A stretch of DNA of 38,230 nucleotides from a virus. Of the stretch, positions 15,901-22,703 are shown piece by piece. Position 1 is the first letter of the stretch. Every line of letters begins with the position of its first letter. A program made the position numbers and the translations under genes. The stretch lies in IMG/VR virus record IMGVR_UViG_3300045988_172120, positions 1 through 38,230 of that record; one strand, given 5' to 3'. A model generated the notes under the pieces. That model searched no databases and was not told where the DNA came from. It was given only the letters and a program-made list of their open reading frames with translations.

Positions 15901-16610
15901 GCCAACAGGCCAGACACTTTCCCCAACTGCCCAAATAGGCCTGCGCCCTGGCCAGCCACACTATCAAACGTGGCCCCCAAGGATTGCATTTTTGCGGAAC
16001 CCACATCCGAGGCGTCAGCCATACGGCGCTGCGCAGCCGTCACATTATCAGCAGCGTCACTAGCCCTACCCCGGGCATTGGACAACGCGGTTTCCGCGCC
16101 CTCAAGCGCACTCACTGACCCTAATTGTTGCTGTCTAGCAGCGGAAACCTTCGCCTCAGCTTGGGCAATTTTCGCGTCCTGGTTAGCCCTAGCCGCCTCA
16201 AGTTTACGCTCCGCAGACTCCAACTGCTCCGTGGTAGCAGTACTACTATCACGCAGGGTTTGCAGCTTCGATTCAGCATCCTGAACCTTAGCATTCTGTG
16301 AGACACGCACCGATTCAAGGTTCTTCTCCGCAGCCTCAAGCCGCTTCGTGCTCGTCTCAACCTTCGCCTGGGCCTGCTCAGTTTTTTGCATAGCCTGATT
16401 GACTTTTTCCTGCGCCTGTGCTTCACGGCGTTTCGCCTGCTCAAACGCCTTAGCCGACCCATCAATGCCAAGGGTGAGCTCGGTTTGAATCTTTTTACCC
16501 GCCTTCGTTGCGGCACTATTCACAGGGTCCTCTAGATGCTTCTTGATAGCCGCATTCATGCCCCGCAACGACACCGTGATCGGCAAAGAAGCATAACCGA
16601 TAGCTGACAT
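9966..16610 (-). CDS. Tape measure protein (2214 aa) with embedded NlpC/P60 peptidase and lytic transglycosylase-like motifs
   Basis: The N-terminal third is a coiled coil, followed by TM-like segments and periodic W/F repeats. NlpC/P60 motif APYVWGGSNWGDCSG (~13262..13310) with a downstream GGHTVGK. Transglycosylase-like motif VATALVESGDP ... GLFQQR (~12170..12570). It lies downstream of the G/GT chaperones. Confidence 0.93.
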   Translation of the reverse strand: MSAIGYASLPITVSLRGMNAAIKKHLEDPVNSAATKAGKKIQTELTLGIDGSAKAFEQAKRREAQAQEKVNQAMQKTEQAQAKVETSTKRLEAAEKNLESVRVSQNAKVQDAESKLQTLRDSSTATTEQLESAERKLEAARANQDAKIAQAEAKVSAARQQQLGSVSALEGAETALSNARGRASDAADNVTAAQRRMADASDVGSAKMQSLGATFDSVAGQGAGLFGQLGKVSGLLAAGLGLAGGVGFLSEAIKEGREFDGVLGSLGAVTGSTAEQLAKVKQHAKDLGNDESLAGTSAASAADAMLALAKGGMDVSQAMDAAKGSIQLAGAAQISAGDAADLQVAALNSFHLAADQATRVADVLANTANNTATTVTDLGEALKMAAPTAATLGVSLEDTNTYIGLFANQGVKGTMAGTAMRSALLSLTSPSKQAAKALENMGIQAFDADGKFVGLREITIQLHDAQERMGESAFLAEASTAFGREAVSFATTAASSGVEAFDNLRGKMDAVGTAGETAGAKLGGLNGAMERWDNALSDAKLRIYEVIAPHLEVWMDQLGKSVGSVAEAFSKTVEWIRQHNELVGTIAAMIGGVIGAYTMLKAVQAGVWAVGAIRNFMVLLQAMPALLAAQRAGTLAATAANLGLTGSFTGLNAVMAMNPFIALGLAIAAVVAGLVYFFTQTETGKRLWGEFTDFLKNAWEGVKEGLANIGQWFSEKWQAATEGLSSLKDKVTNTFNELAGPVKDFAGNVGTWLSEGWENLKTGAGVFKDIIGDAISKGWENVKDIFSASIDTVKEVFSGFFVALVDIVTGNWEDVPKAFGRMWDHIKEIWGEAGENIKNRFNEFAENVKDKLGAFKDAAVNKIKNMWGDIVQGFHAGVAKVIITVTGWKNQFLTHLAEMISKGLKFASEFPDKLKNFFAKAGAWLVNAGINIFTGLLNGLREGFAKVMNWLDEKVSAIQDKVSSVASSAFSINTEGSRHANGGIVGYARGGLAFAKGGENHTATIAAPGEWRVWAEPETGGEAYIPLAPAKRARSTAILSRVADIFGMRLQDKATGMPVQPTYTGNIYGGQKFAEGGVTGRDLVRFAQGYSVKGYQASRPLEGAPYVWGGSNWGDCSGAMSAFAALAAGINPFPRKFATGNQGDWGASHGFHRGVGGANTFTMWWFNGGPWGGHTVGKIDYGSGSVFVEMGGQRGNGQLGGMAGANLSQFTDAMFIRLRGGGPQYSAEKFEETLDRFDGLPGKIDGITYSPDSGGFTLDSGVATTRSGDSTGSGTPGWGSAAELHKALAKFYGLQETKKGTALTGSGNEYTGSGVAGPKELGDPLTLDPDKDVPYGQQGKKHSGWGHDYFVHEISRRAKDYSLSSKGAMIGVATALVESGDPLKMFANAKVPGSLAFRHDAVGSDHDSVGLFQQRQAGWGTLAERMDPYKSAGLFYKAMLSKFPGWEAMSPGAVAQGVQVSAFPTRYATKMDRALSLVKGTGLYDNGGWLPSGGMAVNLSGKPERVLTHQEFLGLDHLANSIDSLVSKMEPIVERIGSQWEERRADYEGDFLGSAQIVQDAEQGLAETRRQVVDNTKAEKEALEEVEKARKEYQEAEAKGAKVSTASARKIQDAETALARARSSKAKNKAEKIADAEKRLARAREDAAASIDKSDNKNAEEQKKKLEALNKAEDKLAKVRKQNGDALKQIEVAERTVMAARIQAIRDLITAAQTELTTMIGAFALVAGVVSEAHDTVQKTRKEVRKLKYDLTQAMFTATQAAIALRNAEFNLAQTRANGMLNQAKALEALDKARLEANKQMYDQFGFAIDRYIEKGTGAWGTVAGEAQRRTNQVRAAEWELRRVQAENALQQHTAMMQAKDAAFAAAEATLNQAKAAELLKLSTQKLQVQAAKLYGLDTPGLSGAQKGLQGLQKGASGLMGVLGGLVSAGLGFYTGNIATGVGGALTAIKSIGDIFTGFHALKANKDETGKVFKGLSLGKKLSLGLATLLGGAAAAGGAVAGVNGYGVDAATGGAKVGSEIINSAFGTIAENMKTDMERLNLEFQRRQEALQNDYASRLQNLQNEREYNKTAGELRKSELSKLVELASINKQIQEATSKETVDALKHLADVTEQQRNSELRLHKDTIRDLRLALRQSGAEAEHAAAESERVGNKRATVTVNLPSDKTAYSADEVKALLEQISKSQADLDLRVREIEDEKKPNAWDFQRSLRKAD

Positions 16611-16642
16611 GCTAACCTCACTAAAAAGATAATAAAAGTATT

Positions 16643-16676
16643 AAAAAAGGCGGGGCAAACCAGTGGCCTGCCCCGC
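16643..16676 (-). terminator. Strong intrinsic terminator between the chaperone genes and the tape measure start
   Basis: Minus sense reads gcggggca-N11-tgccccgc followed by cttttttaa: an 8-bp GC-rich stem and a T6 tract. Confidence 0.75.
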
Positions 16677-16685
16677 AAAAATATG

Positions 16686-17344
16686 TTAAGTTTTTCCCCT
16701 AGCCAAAGCAAGTTTGCGCTCACGCTCAGCCTTGATCCTGAAATAGCGTTCCTTACGCTCTTCTAAGGCCTTCTGCTTCCTAGCGCCCTCACGCATCGTC
16801 GCCATGGGGTGACGCTCCCCAGAAGTGATAGCCGCGAAAATATCGGCAAGAATATAGCCCTCAATTGATAGCCTATCAATATCCAATATTTCCGACCAAA
16901 ACCTAGACCGCGTACGATCCAAGCCATCTACCAGCACCAATAGTCGCCGAAGAGTAAGCCGTGACTTGCCGCCCTTGGGTCGCCAAAAATCACGATAGTC
17001 AATACCCATAAAAGCAAGGTCCTGCTCTACCAGATCTTCGTGCTCACGAATGTAGGGGAGTAATTCTATTTTCCCGTAAGGCCCCATTCCTTATCAATGA
17101 GGGGGACAACATGCTTCTGAAAATCACGCAACGTCGCACCGGTAGCCTTGATCTTGTTCCAGTCTTCCGGGGAAAGAATATCCCGGTACACAGCCACAGG
17201 CTTATCACAGAATGAATCATAGGCGTCTAGGCTCATGTCTTCGAGGGTGGCGGGGATCGTGACCGTGACTTCCTGGCCCCGTAGGGTTGCGGTGATTTCA
17301 ACAGTGGTGGTTTCTTCCACAGCTTCTTTTTGGGTTGCACTCAT
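16686..17344 (-). CDS. Tail assembly chaperone GT fusion, made by a -1 programmed frameshift
   Basis: The upstream frame ends ...EWGLTGK-stop. Slippage on G_GGA_AAA continues as GKIELLPYIREHE..., which is the 16686..17087 ORF. I verified that the frame offset is -1. Confidence 0.85.
17066..17344 (-). CDS. Tail assembly chaperone G
   Basis: Trimmed to the ATG at 17344 (SD AGGAAGG). 92 aa and acidic, positioned between the major tail and tape measure genes. Confidence 0.85.
   Translation of the reverse strand: MSATQKEAVEETTTVEITATLRGQEVTVTIPATLEDMSLDAYDSFCDKPVAVYRDILSPEDWNKIKATGATLRDFQKHVVPLIDKEWGLTGK
17069..17075 (-). promoter_or_regulatory. -1 ribosomal slippery heptamer G_GGA_AAA
   Basis: Plus strand ttttccc is minus strand GGGAAAA in X_XXY_YYZ phase, directly before the G stop codon. 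Confidence 0.85.
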
Positions 17345-17380
17345 TGGGGTTACCTTCCTAGTAGGTAGTTGATGAAAGTG

Positions 17381-17421
17381 AAAAATGAAAAGTGGGGGCG
17401 TCTTGGTGTTGGGTGCGCCCC
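17381..17421 (-). terminator. Intrinsic terminator after the major tail protein gene
   Basis: Minus sense reads ggggcg-N15-cgcccc followed by acttttcattttt. Confidence 0.6.
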
Positions 17422-17501
17422 TAAACCCCACGTTTTTATCATCACAGTGACATTATAGATGGTGTAATAACATCACCCATTAATGTCACAGTGACCATAT
17501 T

Positions 17502-18377
17502 TTACGGCGTATCCTCAACCGTGATCTGGCCAGTCGTGCCCTCAAGGTGGCTCACAGCAGCAAGGATACCCTCGAAGGACTTAACCGTGAAGCCCGCGGC
17601 CTTGGTACCAGAAACAACAGCTTCCTCACCGCCCGCAATCTCACGCAAAGCCTCCTGAACCTTCGCTGCATCGGCATCGTGTGCCAGTTCCTTGGTTTCA
17701 TTGTAGTTGATGCGCAGATTCCAGGTACCGCCAGTAGCCCCGGCGGGAAGCTTAACAATCTTCTCAGCCTTCGGCAAAGTATTAGTGAACCGCTCCAGGT
17801 CAATAATTTCCTGCTTCTCATCAGGCACAAAGTCCAGCTTCTCAAACACTGCCTTGAAAGTATCCGGTAGCACGTTGATCTCAATCTCAGTACCGGAAGC
17901 TTCTTGGCCCTTGCTCAGGTTCTCGCCCTTAGCCGCGGTACGGGTGCGGGACGCCAGAATACGGTGCGAGCCGTCGTTAAACTCGTACTCCACAGCAACG
18001 AACGGGCGGGCAAGCTTAGCGCTGTGCAAAAGAATCTCAGCCCCATCAATCCGCTTCGACAGGGTAGTGCCCCGTGTGCGGTCCGGCCACAGCACGGATT
18101 GCACAGCATCATTCTCTTCAAGAACCAAAACCTTAAGAACCACCGAACCCGGCTTACCAGTAACAGCCACCGTGCCCATGCCCAGGCCCTTGGTTTCCTG
18201 AATCTCCATCGCCCGGTTCAAATCAATTTCTTGGTCATCCTTAAGAATACCCAAAGTCATCCAAGTGTGATCCAGCACACCATTCTTGCTCACCTTCGGA
18301 TCATCAGCATAACTGATGTACACCACCGCATCTGTGATCGTTTTCACGTTTTGCGGGTCGCGTTGCTTAATGCTCAT
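17502..18377 (-). CDS. Major tail protein
   Basis: 291-aa ORF directly upstream of the G/GT chaperones and followed by a terminator, which is typical for a highly expressed tail tube gene. Confidence 0.8.
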   Translation of the reverse strand: MSIKQRDPQNVKTITDAVVYISYADDPKVSKNGVLDHTWMTLGILKDDQEIDLNRAMEIQETKGLGMGTVAVTGKPGSVVLKVLVLEENDAVQSVLWPDRTRGTTLSKRIDGAEILLHSAKLARPFVAVEYEFNDGSHRILASRTRTAAKGENLSKGQEASGTEIEINVLPDTFKAVFEKLDFVPDEKQEIIDLERFTNTLPKAEKIVKLPAGATGGTWNLRINYNETKELAHDADAAKVQEALREIAGGEEAVVSGTKAAGFTVKSFEGILAAVSHLEGTTGQITVEDTP

Positions 18378-18778
18378 AACGTAATCCTATTCACGAAAAT
18401 ATTATATGTTGCGGAAGAAACATATCCCCCAAGTTTACTATCTGGTGTGGTGATGATGTTTGTTGAGGCTTGCACCCCCAGTTTCCACCTGCCCCCAAAG
18501 GATATTAGGGCTGCGTCGATTGTGCGCATGATGCGGGTTGCGGAAGGCATATCGTATGAATGCACTGTGACGCGCACCACTTCAACGGTGAAACCCTTAC
18601 CGCCGGAAATGATCCCATCGGACTGGACAGTGACATGCCAACCGTTTTTCTGGGGCGAGTATTTGAGGGGCAGCATTGCTGATGTGCGCTTTTTGAACAC
18701 ATCGTTTTGCGCCAGAAACTCGCGCACCTTGGCGGTGGCGTCCTGTGACATGAACAGGCGTTTATCCTTCTCCAGCAT
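18374..18778 (-). CDS. Tail terminator / tail completion protein
   Basis: 134 aa with ATGA overlap onto the major tail gene. The call rests on synteny (the gene before the major tail). Confidence 0.6.
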   Translation of the reverse strand: MLEKDKRLFMSQDATAKVREFLAQNDVFKKRTSAMLPLKYSPQKNGWHVTVQSDGIISGGKGFTVEVVRVTVHSYDMPSATRIMRTIDAALISFGGRWKLGVQASTNIITTPDSKLGGYVSSATYNIFVNRITL

Positions 18779-19093
18779 TTACTTTGCACCCCCATAGCGT
18801 TTCAAATCAAGCCCCGCCGCGGTTGCCGCTTTGGTCAGGGTCCCATGCTTTGCTTGCGAGTTCAAACCGCCAGCGTGCATGATCGTCACCAGGCCAACAG
18901 GCCTGCCTGATTTATTGACCTCACCTCTAGATTCAACCGGCATTTTGGGGTTCGCAATGCCCCTAGCGTTAGCCGCAACCTCCGCCGCCTTGGCCTCAAC
19001 CACGCTCATGAAGTTTTCACGAAGCATCGCATTGATAGCATCACTATCCAAACGGAACGCGAATTTATCAGCCATCAACATCACGCCTTTCAC
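18779..19093 (-). CDS. Head-tail joining protein (HK97 gp10-like position)
   Basis: Synteny call. Start is ambiguous (GTG 19093, ATG 19081, or ATG 19075 overlapping the upstream stop as ATGGCTGA). Confidence 0.55.
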   Translation of the reverse strand: MKGVMLMADKFAFRLDSDAINAMLRENFMSVVEAKAAEVAANARGIANPKMPVESRGEVNKSGRPVGLVTIMHAGGLNSQAKHGTLTKAATAAGLDLKRYGGAK

Positions 19094-19397
19094 ACATCAC
19101 CTCAATCATGGGGCTGTGCCGCTGAAACCATGGGGTTCTACCTATAGCCCAATCGAATGGGGCATGCAAAATCTTGTACTTGACCCCGCGAATCTCAAGC
19201 TCATGATTCGGGCCAATCGGTAACCCCGCGGGTAAGAAAACCCTAAGACGCTGTGCTGTTGACCCATAATCCTTGTGTTGAATCTCACTACCAGTATCAT
19301 ACTGTGGGGTACCCAACACCTCGGTGTAGTTGCTGCTGTGGATAATCGAACCATCATACCCTATCTCGGGCGGGTCAAAAATTCTTATCGACTCCAC
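19068..19397 (-). CDS. Head closure / head-tail adaptor protein
   Basis: 109 aa with a GTG start overlapping the upstream gene. The call rests on synteny. Confidence 0.55.
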   Translation of the reverse strand: MESIRIFDPPEIGYDGSIIHSSNYTEVLGTPQYDTGSEIQHKDYGSTAQRLRVFLPAGLPIGPNHELEIRGVKYKILHAPFDWAIGRTPWFQRHSPMIEVMCERRDVDG

Positions 19398-19825
19398 AGG
19401 TTCACCCTCCGGCTTTCCGGGAATGGCACAAAATCCCCTCCACGATAGCGAGGGCTAATATGTAGCAGCCCCAAAACATGCAGCATCCTTTCAGTAAGGA
19501 ACACGCCCCCGAATCCCTCTGTCCCGGTTTTCGCAAAGGTTGCACTGTCGGACTGTTCCCCCGTGGTCGACGACACGCTCACCATGTTAATGTTCACGCC
19601 GGTTAGTAGAGATTCTACAACCATTGTGCGCACAACAATCTTCACGGCGGTCACAAGCCATGGCTTAGAAACAATCTCATCAGCCAACACCAGGCCGCGC
19701 CTAGCGAACTCAAACTCGATCCGCTCATAAGCCAAATCAATCAGGGCACGGCACCTGTTCGTTTCCCCCGGGAGGAAGGGGCGGGGCATCATCACCCCAA
19801 TATCATCAACCGATAACTTTTCCAC
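19385..19825 (-). CDS. Head-tail connector protein (gp6-like position)
   Basis: 146 aa with GTG start and SD AGGAAGGTGG. It is the second gene downstream of the major capsid gene (after 19841..20218). Confidence 0.55.
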   Translation of the reverse strand: MEKLSVDDIGVMMPRPFLPGETNRCRALIDLAYERIEFEFARRGLVLADEIVSKPWLVTAVKIVVRTMVVESLLTGVNINMVSVSSTTGEQSDSATFAKTGTEGFGGVFLTERMLHVLGLLHISPRYRGGDFVPFPESRRVNLWSR

Positions 19826-19840
19826 CCCGCCACCTTCCTA

Positions 19841-20218
19841 TCAGCTGAGCTTATCGGCCATTGCGATAAGCTCGGGCTTGGTTAAACCTTTAATGTCTTT
19901 CTCACTGGCCCCAAGGCTAGCAACGTATTGCCGCCACAATTCAACCTTAGCGGCTTGTGCAGGGCGTTTATCATTATTGGTTGGGTCGCTATCGCTGTCA
20001 CCACTGTCATCGTCGTCAGCCGGTGGTACTGTCGGCAAGCCCAGATTGATAGCCTCAACCTTGTCATGCTTGACGTTAGCATCCTCAGCCACACCCGAAC
20101 TAATCAGCCGGGCAGCGTCCAGCGGGTGAGCATCAAACACATCACCACGCTTACGCAACACCTCACCACCATCATCCGTGGGCTGCCACCAAATCCCAAT
20201 CTTTAGGCGAATCCTCAT
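19841..20218 (-). CDS. Hypothetical protein with an acidic linker and a C-terminal HeH/SAP-like motif
   Basis: 125 aa with a PADDDDSGDSDSDP linker. The C-terminus LTKPELIAMADKLS resembles a helix-extension-helix motif. Confidence 0.6.
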   Translation of the reverse strand: MRIRLKIGIWWQPTDDGGEVLRKRGDVFDAHPLDAARLISSGVAEDANVKHDKVEAINLGLPTVPPADDDDSGDSDSDPTNNDKRPAQAAKVELWRQYVASLGASEKDIKGLTKPELIAMADKLS

Positions 20219-20223
20219 AATGA

Positions 20224-21165
20224 TTAGCCCACCTGAATCCGTGCAACAGCCTTAGGATCATACAGGGCACGGATCGAACGCTCCATGATATCAGCCCGGT
20301 ACTCCATGGTTGCGCCACCAATACTACTATCACCATAGGGCGAGTACAGGTGGGTAACCTGTGGCCGGTCTAAGAATTTCTTACCACCCGGCTTCTTGGC
20401 CTGCAAAACAAACACCTGCTTCGGGTCAACATACTGGCTTACGGCAACATCCAGGCCCCACGGCTTATACGGTTGGAAACCCTTAAAATAGGGATTATCC
20501 CCAGAGTTAGCGCCAATAAACGCAGCTTGGATAGTTTTATTGCCGATGATGTTGTACCACACGGACGGGTGCATCACCAGAGTGTCGGGGGTGTAGCCCA
20601 GGGCTGCCTTGCGCTCATCATCCGCATCACCATCAACCAACGCAGATGAGACCATTGCACAGGCGCGCAAAACATCCTGCCCAATCTCCGCTGTTACGGT
20701 AGACCACGGCACACTAGCAGTCACCACCTGGCTATGCTCATCAGTAGCAGCCTTCACCCGATCCAGGCCCTGACGTGCACTAGCATACAAGAATTCGTTA
20801 GCAAGCTGCTCAACACCATGGGATAGTAGATCAATGCGGTTGTCCTTAATCATTTCATAAGAAACACGCAAGCCCTCCGCAATCTTAAACGCCTTCTCCA
20901 CCTTATCATCACCGACACGAATATCGGCGGTGGGGATTTCCTCAAACTCCGCAACCTCATGCGGGCTCTCGGACAGGAATGGGCTTACCCGCTGCTTGAA
21001 AATAATGGCGCTAGCAGTGGTTTCACCATCATCAGAATAGAACACGTTTTCGATAGCAGCATCCTGAACAATGCTCGCAATCTCATCAACAATCAGCTCC
21101 GGCTCGTCCACATAGTCAGACACTGTGTAGGAACCGCCACTGTTTTCACCTAGAATAAAAGCCAT
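20224..21165 (-). CDS. Major capsid protein
   Basis: 313 aa with SD GAAGGTGAG. It follows the protease and decoration genes. The call rests on size and synteny. Confidence 0.8.
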   Translation of the reverse strand: MAFILGENSGGSYTVSDYVDEPELIVDEIASIVQDAAIENVFYSDDGETTASAIIFKQRVSPFLSESPHEVAEFEEIPTADIRVGDDKVEKAFKIAEGLRVSYEMIKDNRIDLLSHGVEQLANEFLYASARQGLDRVKAATDEHSQVVTASVPWSTVTAEIGQDVLRACAMVSSALVDGDADDERKAALGYTPDTLVMHPSVWYNIIGNKTIQAAFIGANSGDNPYFKGFQPYKPWGLDVAVSQYVDPKQVFVLQAKKPGGKKFLDRPQVTHLYSPYGDSSIGGATMEYRADIMERSIRALYDPKAVARIQVG

Positions 21166-21183
21166 TTTCTCACCTTCTTCTTA

Positions 21184-21555
21184 TCAGGCCAGTGGGGTCA
21201 CTAGCCGCACCGACACATGCTTACGGCCCTTACGCACCACGAAACCAACCGGCTTCGTACCCGCCTTAGCAACCTTACCATCAGCCGCGGCGTACACCTT
21301 ATCCCCGGTCTTCAAATCATCCGTGCTATCACAGGCAATATTAATAATAGCGGGGGAGGTCACCACGGTCACACGGTCGGTCTGGCCAATGGTCACAACC
21401 GGGGTCTTATAGGCGTTCTGAATCGCAACACCATACACGTCATCACTAGCACCAGCGTGCTCAACACCGTCACCAGTGAGTTTAACACACCGGTAGCCGA
21501 CAACATCGGCAGCCGCCTTAAAGGAAGCGTTACCGGTCAAAATCTGATTAGTCAT
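21184..21555 (-). CDS. Head decoration protein (DUF2190-like)
   Basis: 123 aa. The sequence pattern (GYRCVKLTGDG ... GVAIQNA ... GDKVYAAADGKV) resembles DUF2190 capsid cement proteins. It lies between the protease and the capsid gene. Confidence 0.65.
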   Translation of the reverse strand: MTNQILTGNASFKAAADVVGYRCVKLTGDGVEHAGASDDVYGVAIQNAYKTPVVTIGQTDRVTVVTSPAIINIACDSTDDLKTGDKVYAAADGKVAKAGTKPVGFVVRKGRKHVSVRLVTPLA

Positions 21556-21573
21556 CTATATTCAATCTTCCTA

Positions 21574-22674
21574 TTAGAAAATCTGTCGAACCTTCAAGCC
21601 GGAACGCAAACTGTGTGACTTGCCAGTATTCTCATAGCCACGGACAGCAGCACGCTTCACAGGGGTGGACTGGGTGAGATTCTCAAGCAACACCTTACCG
21701 CCCTCAAAATCATGCAGCAGTGAGTTAACCCAAGCATCCTTACCATTTGCTGAAATACGACCCGAATTGATAGCCTCATCCACAAGGTTCACAACCTCAG
21801 TGCGCCGTGCTTCCTCGCGCATCTTATTCAAAGCGTCGGCGCTTTTACGCAGCTCAGACAGGGTGTATTCGTCAACGGCAACCATGCCCTTGGGCAAAGA
21901 GTTTTCGGCAGGCTTCGACTCTTCCGGCCCGTCACTCTTAGTGGTTTCTTCTTTATCCGCACCATCGTCTACAAGCTTTTGCACGGCCTCGATGATATCG
22001 TCATCGGTGGCGGCCTCATCTAATTCTAAAATTTTGATAAGCTGGTTCTTCAGCTCCATAGCATCCTCATTTTCGGTACCGTCATCAGCATCAACAGCAT
22101 GCTCACGCAGCTTGGCTGCGAACATGCGTTTATGCATGTTAACAATTTTACGCAAACTCTTATTTTCCGCACCATCACCAGCATCACTGGCCACAACCTC
22201 ATCGGCTAAACCAGCCTCAACCGCGGCCTGACCAGTGTAAAAGGTTTCCGCACCCATCAACTCACGCCACTGCTCACGTGTCCCACCAGCCTTAGAAACA
22301 TAAATATCAGCAATCTGATCCGATAGCTGATTAAGCTGTTCACGGGTGGAATCTAATTCGGGGATCGTCCCACCAGCGTCCCACGTCCAAGCATCATGGA
22401 TCATGAGGGTTGCGGACGGTTGCATAACAACCCGGTCACACGCCACCGCTATCACACTAGCCGCCGATGCTGCGATACCCCAAATATTCGCCACCGTACT
22501 ATTTTCACTACTGCGAATAATATTAGCGATGGCGATACCAAGCATTGCGTCACCACCATAGGAATTAATATTAATTATTAACGGTTCCTCGGTGGCCTGG
22601 TTGATGAATTCACGGAATCCTGCCAGGTCAATATCCCAGTCGGAAATGTCGGAAAAGAAATTCCATTCATTCAT
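21574..22674 (-). CDS. ClpP-family head maturation protease fused to a scaffold-like C-terminal region
   Basis: The N-terminus NINSYGGDAMLGIAIANIIR ... GIAASAASVIAVACD ... LMIHDAW matches S14/ClpP-type phage proteases. The C-terminal half is acidic and helical. Confidence 0.85.
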   Translation of the reverse strand: MNEWNFFSDISDWDIDLAGFREFINQATEEPLIININSYGGDAMLGIAIANIIRSSENSTVANIWGIAASAASVIAVACDRVVMQPSATLMIHDAWTWDAGGTIPELDSTREQLNQLSDQIADIYVSKAGGTREQWRELMGAETFYTGQAAVEAGLADEVVASDAGDGAENKSLRKIVNMHKRMFAAKLREHAVDADDGTENEDAMELKNQLIKILELDEAATDDDIIEAVQKLVDDGADKEETTKSDGPEESKPAENSLPKGMVAVDEYTLSELRKSADALNKMREEARRTEVVNLVDEAINSGRISANGKDAWVNSLLHDFEGGKVLLENLTQSTPVKRAAVRGYENTGKSHSLRSGLKVRQIF

Positions 22675-22681
22675 GCGGAAT

Positions 22682-22703
22682 ATTATAACATACTACAACA
22701 AAA
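22682..22703 (-). promoter_or_regulatory. Late-type extended -10 promoter TTTTGTTGTAGTATGTTATAAT, 7 nt from the protease ATG
   Basis: The TGTTATAAT box ends 7 nt before the ATG at 22674, a leaderless geometry. The motif overlaps the last portal codons. Confidence 0.6.

Noticed and set aside
10956-16284. Several long plus-strand ORFs inside the tape measure gene (10956..11741, 13674..14399, 14014..14751, 15673..16284 and others), plus the minus-strand alternate-frame ORFs listed in the track.
   Set aside because: All are nested in or antisense to a 2214-aa gene with clear tape-measure features. Their products are low-complexity (S/P/A/R/L-rich) and they have no SD sequences. This is the usual shadow-ORF pattern of a long, compositionally biased gene.
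17452-17457. Minus-sense TATAAT between the major tail and chaperone genes as a fourth late promoter (upstream GGTGATGTT resembles the flank of the 22682 promoter).
   Set aside because: It has no TGn extension, no -35 and different spacing. It also lies upstream of the terminator at 17381..17421, so transcripts would be stopped at once.
17904-18797. 297-aa plus-strand ORF spanning the major tail and tail terminator genes.
   Set aside because: It is antisense to two well-supported, translationally coupled structural genes. It has no ribosome-binding site and an R/S/H-rich, implausible composition.
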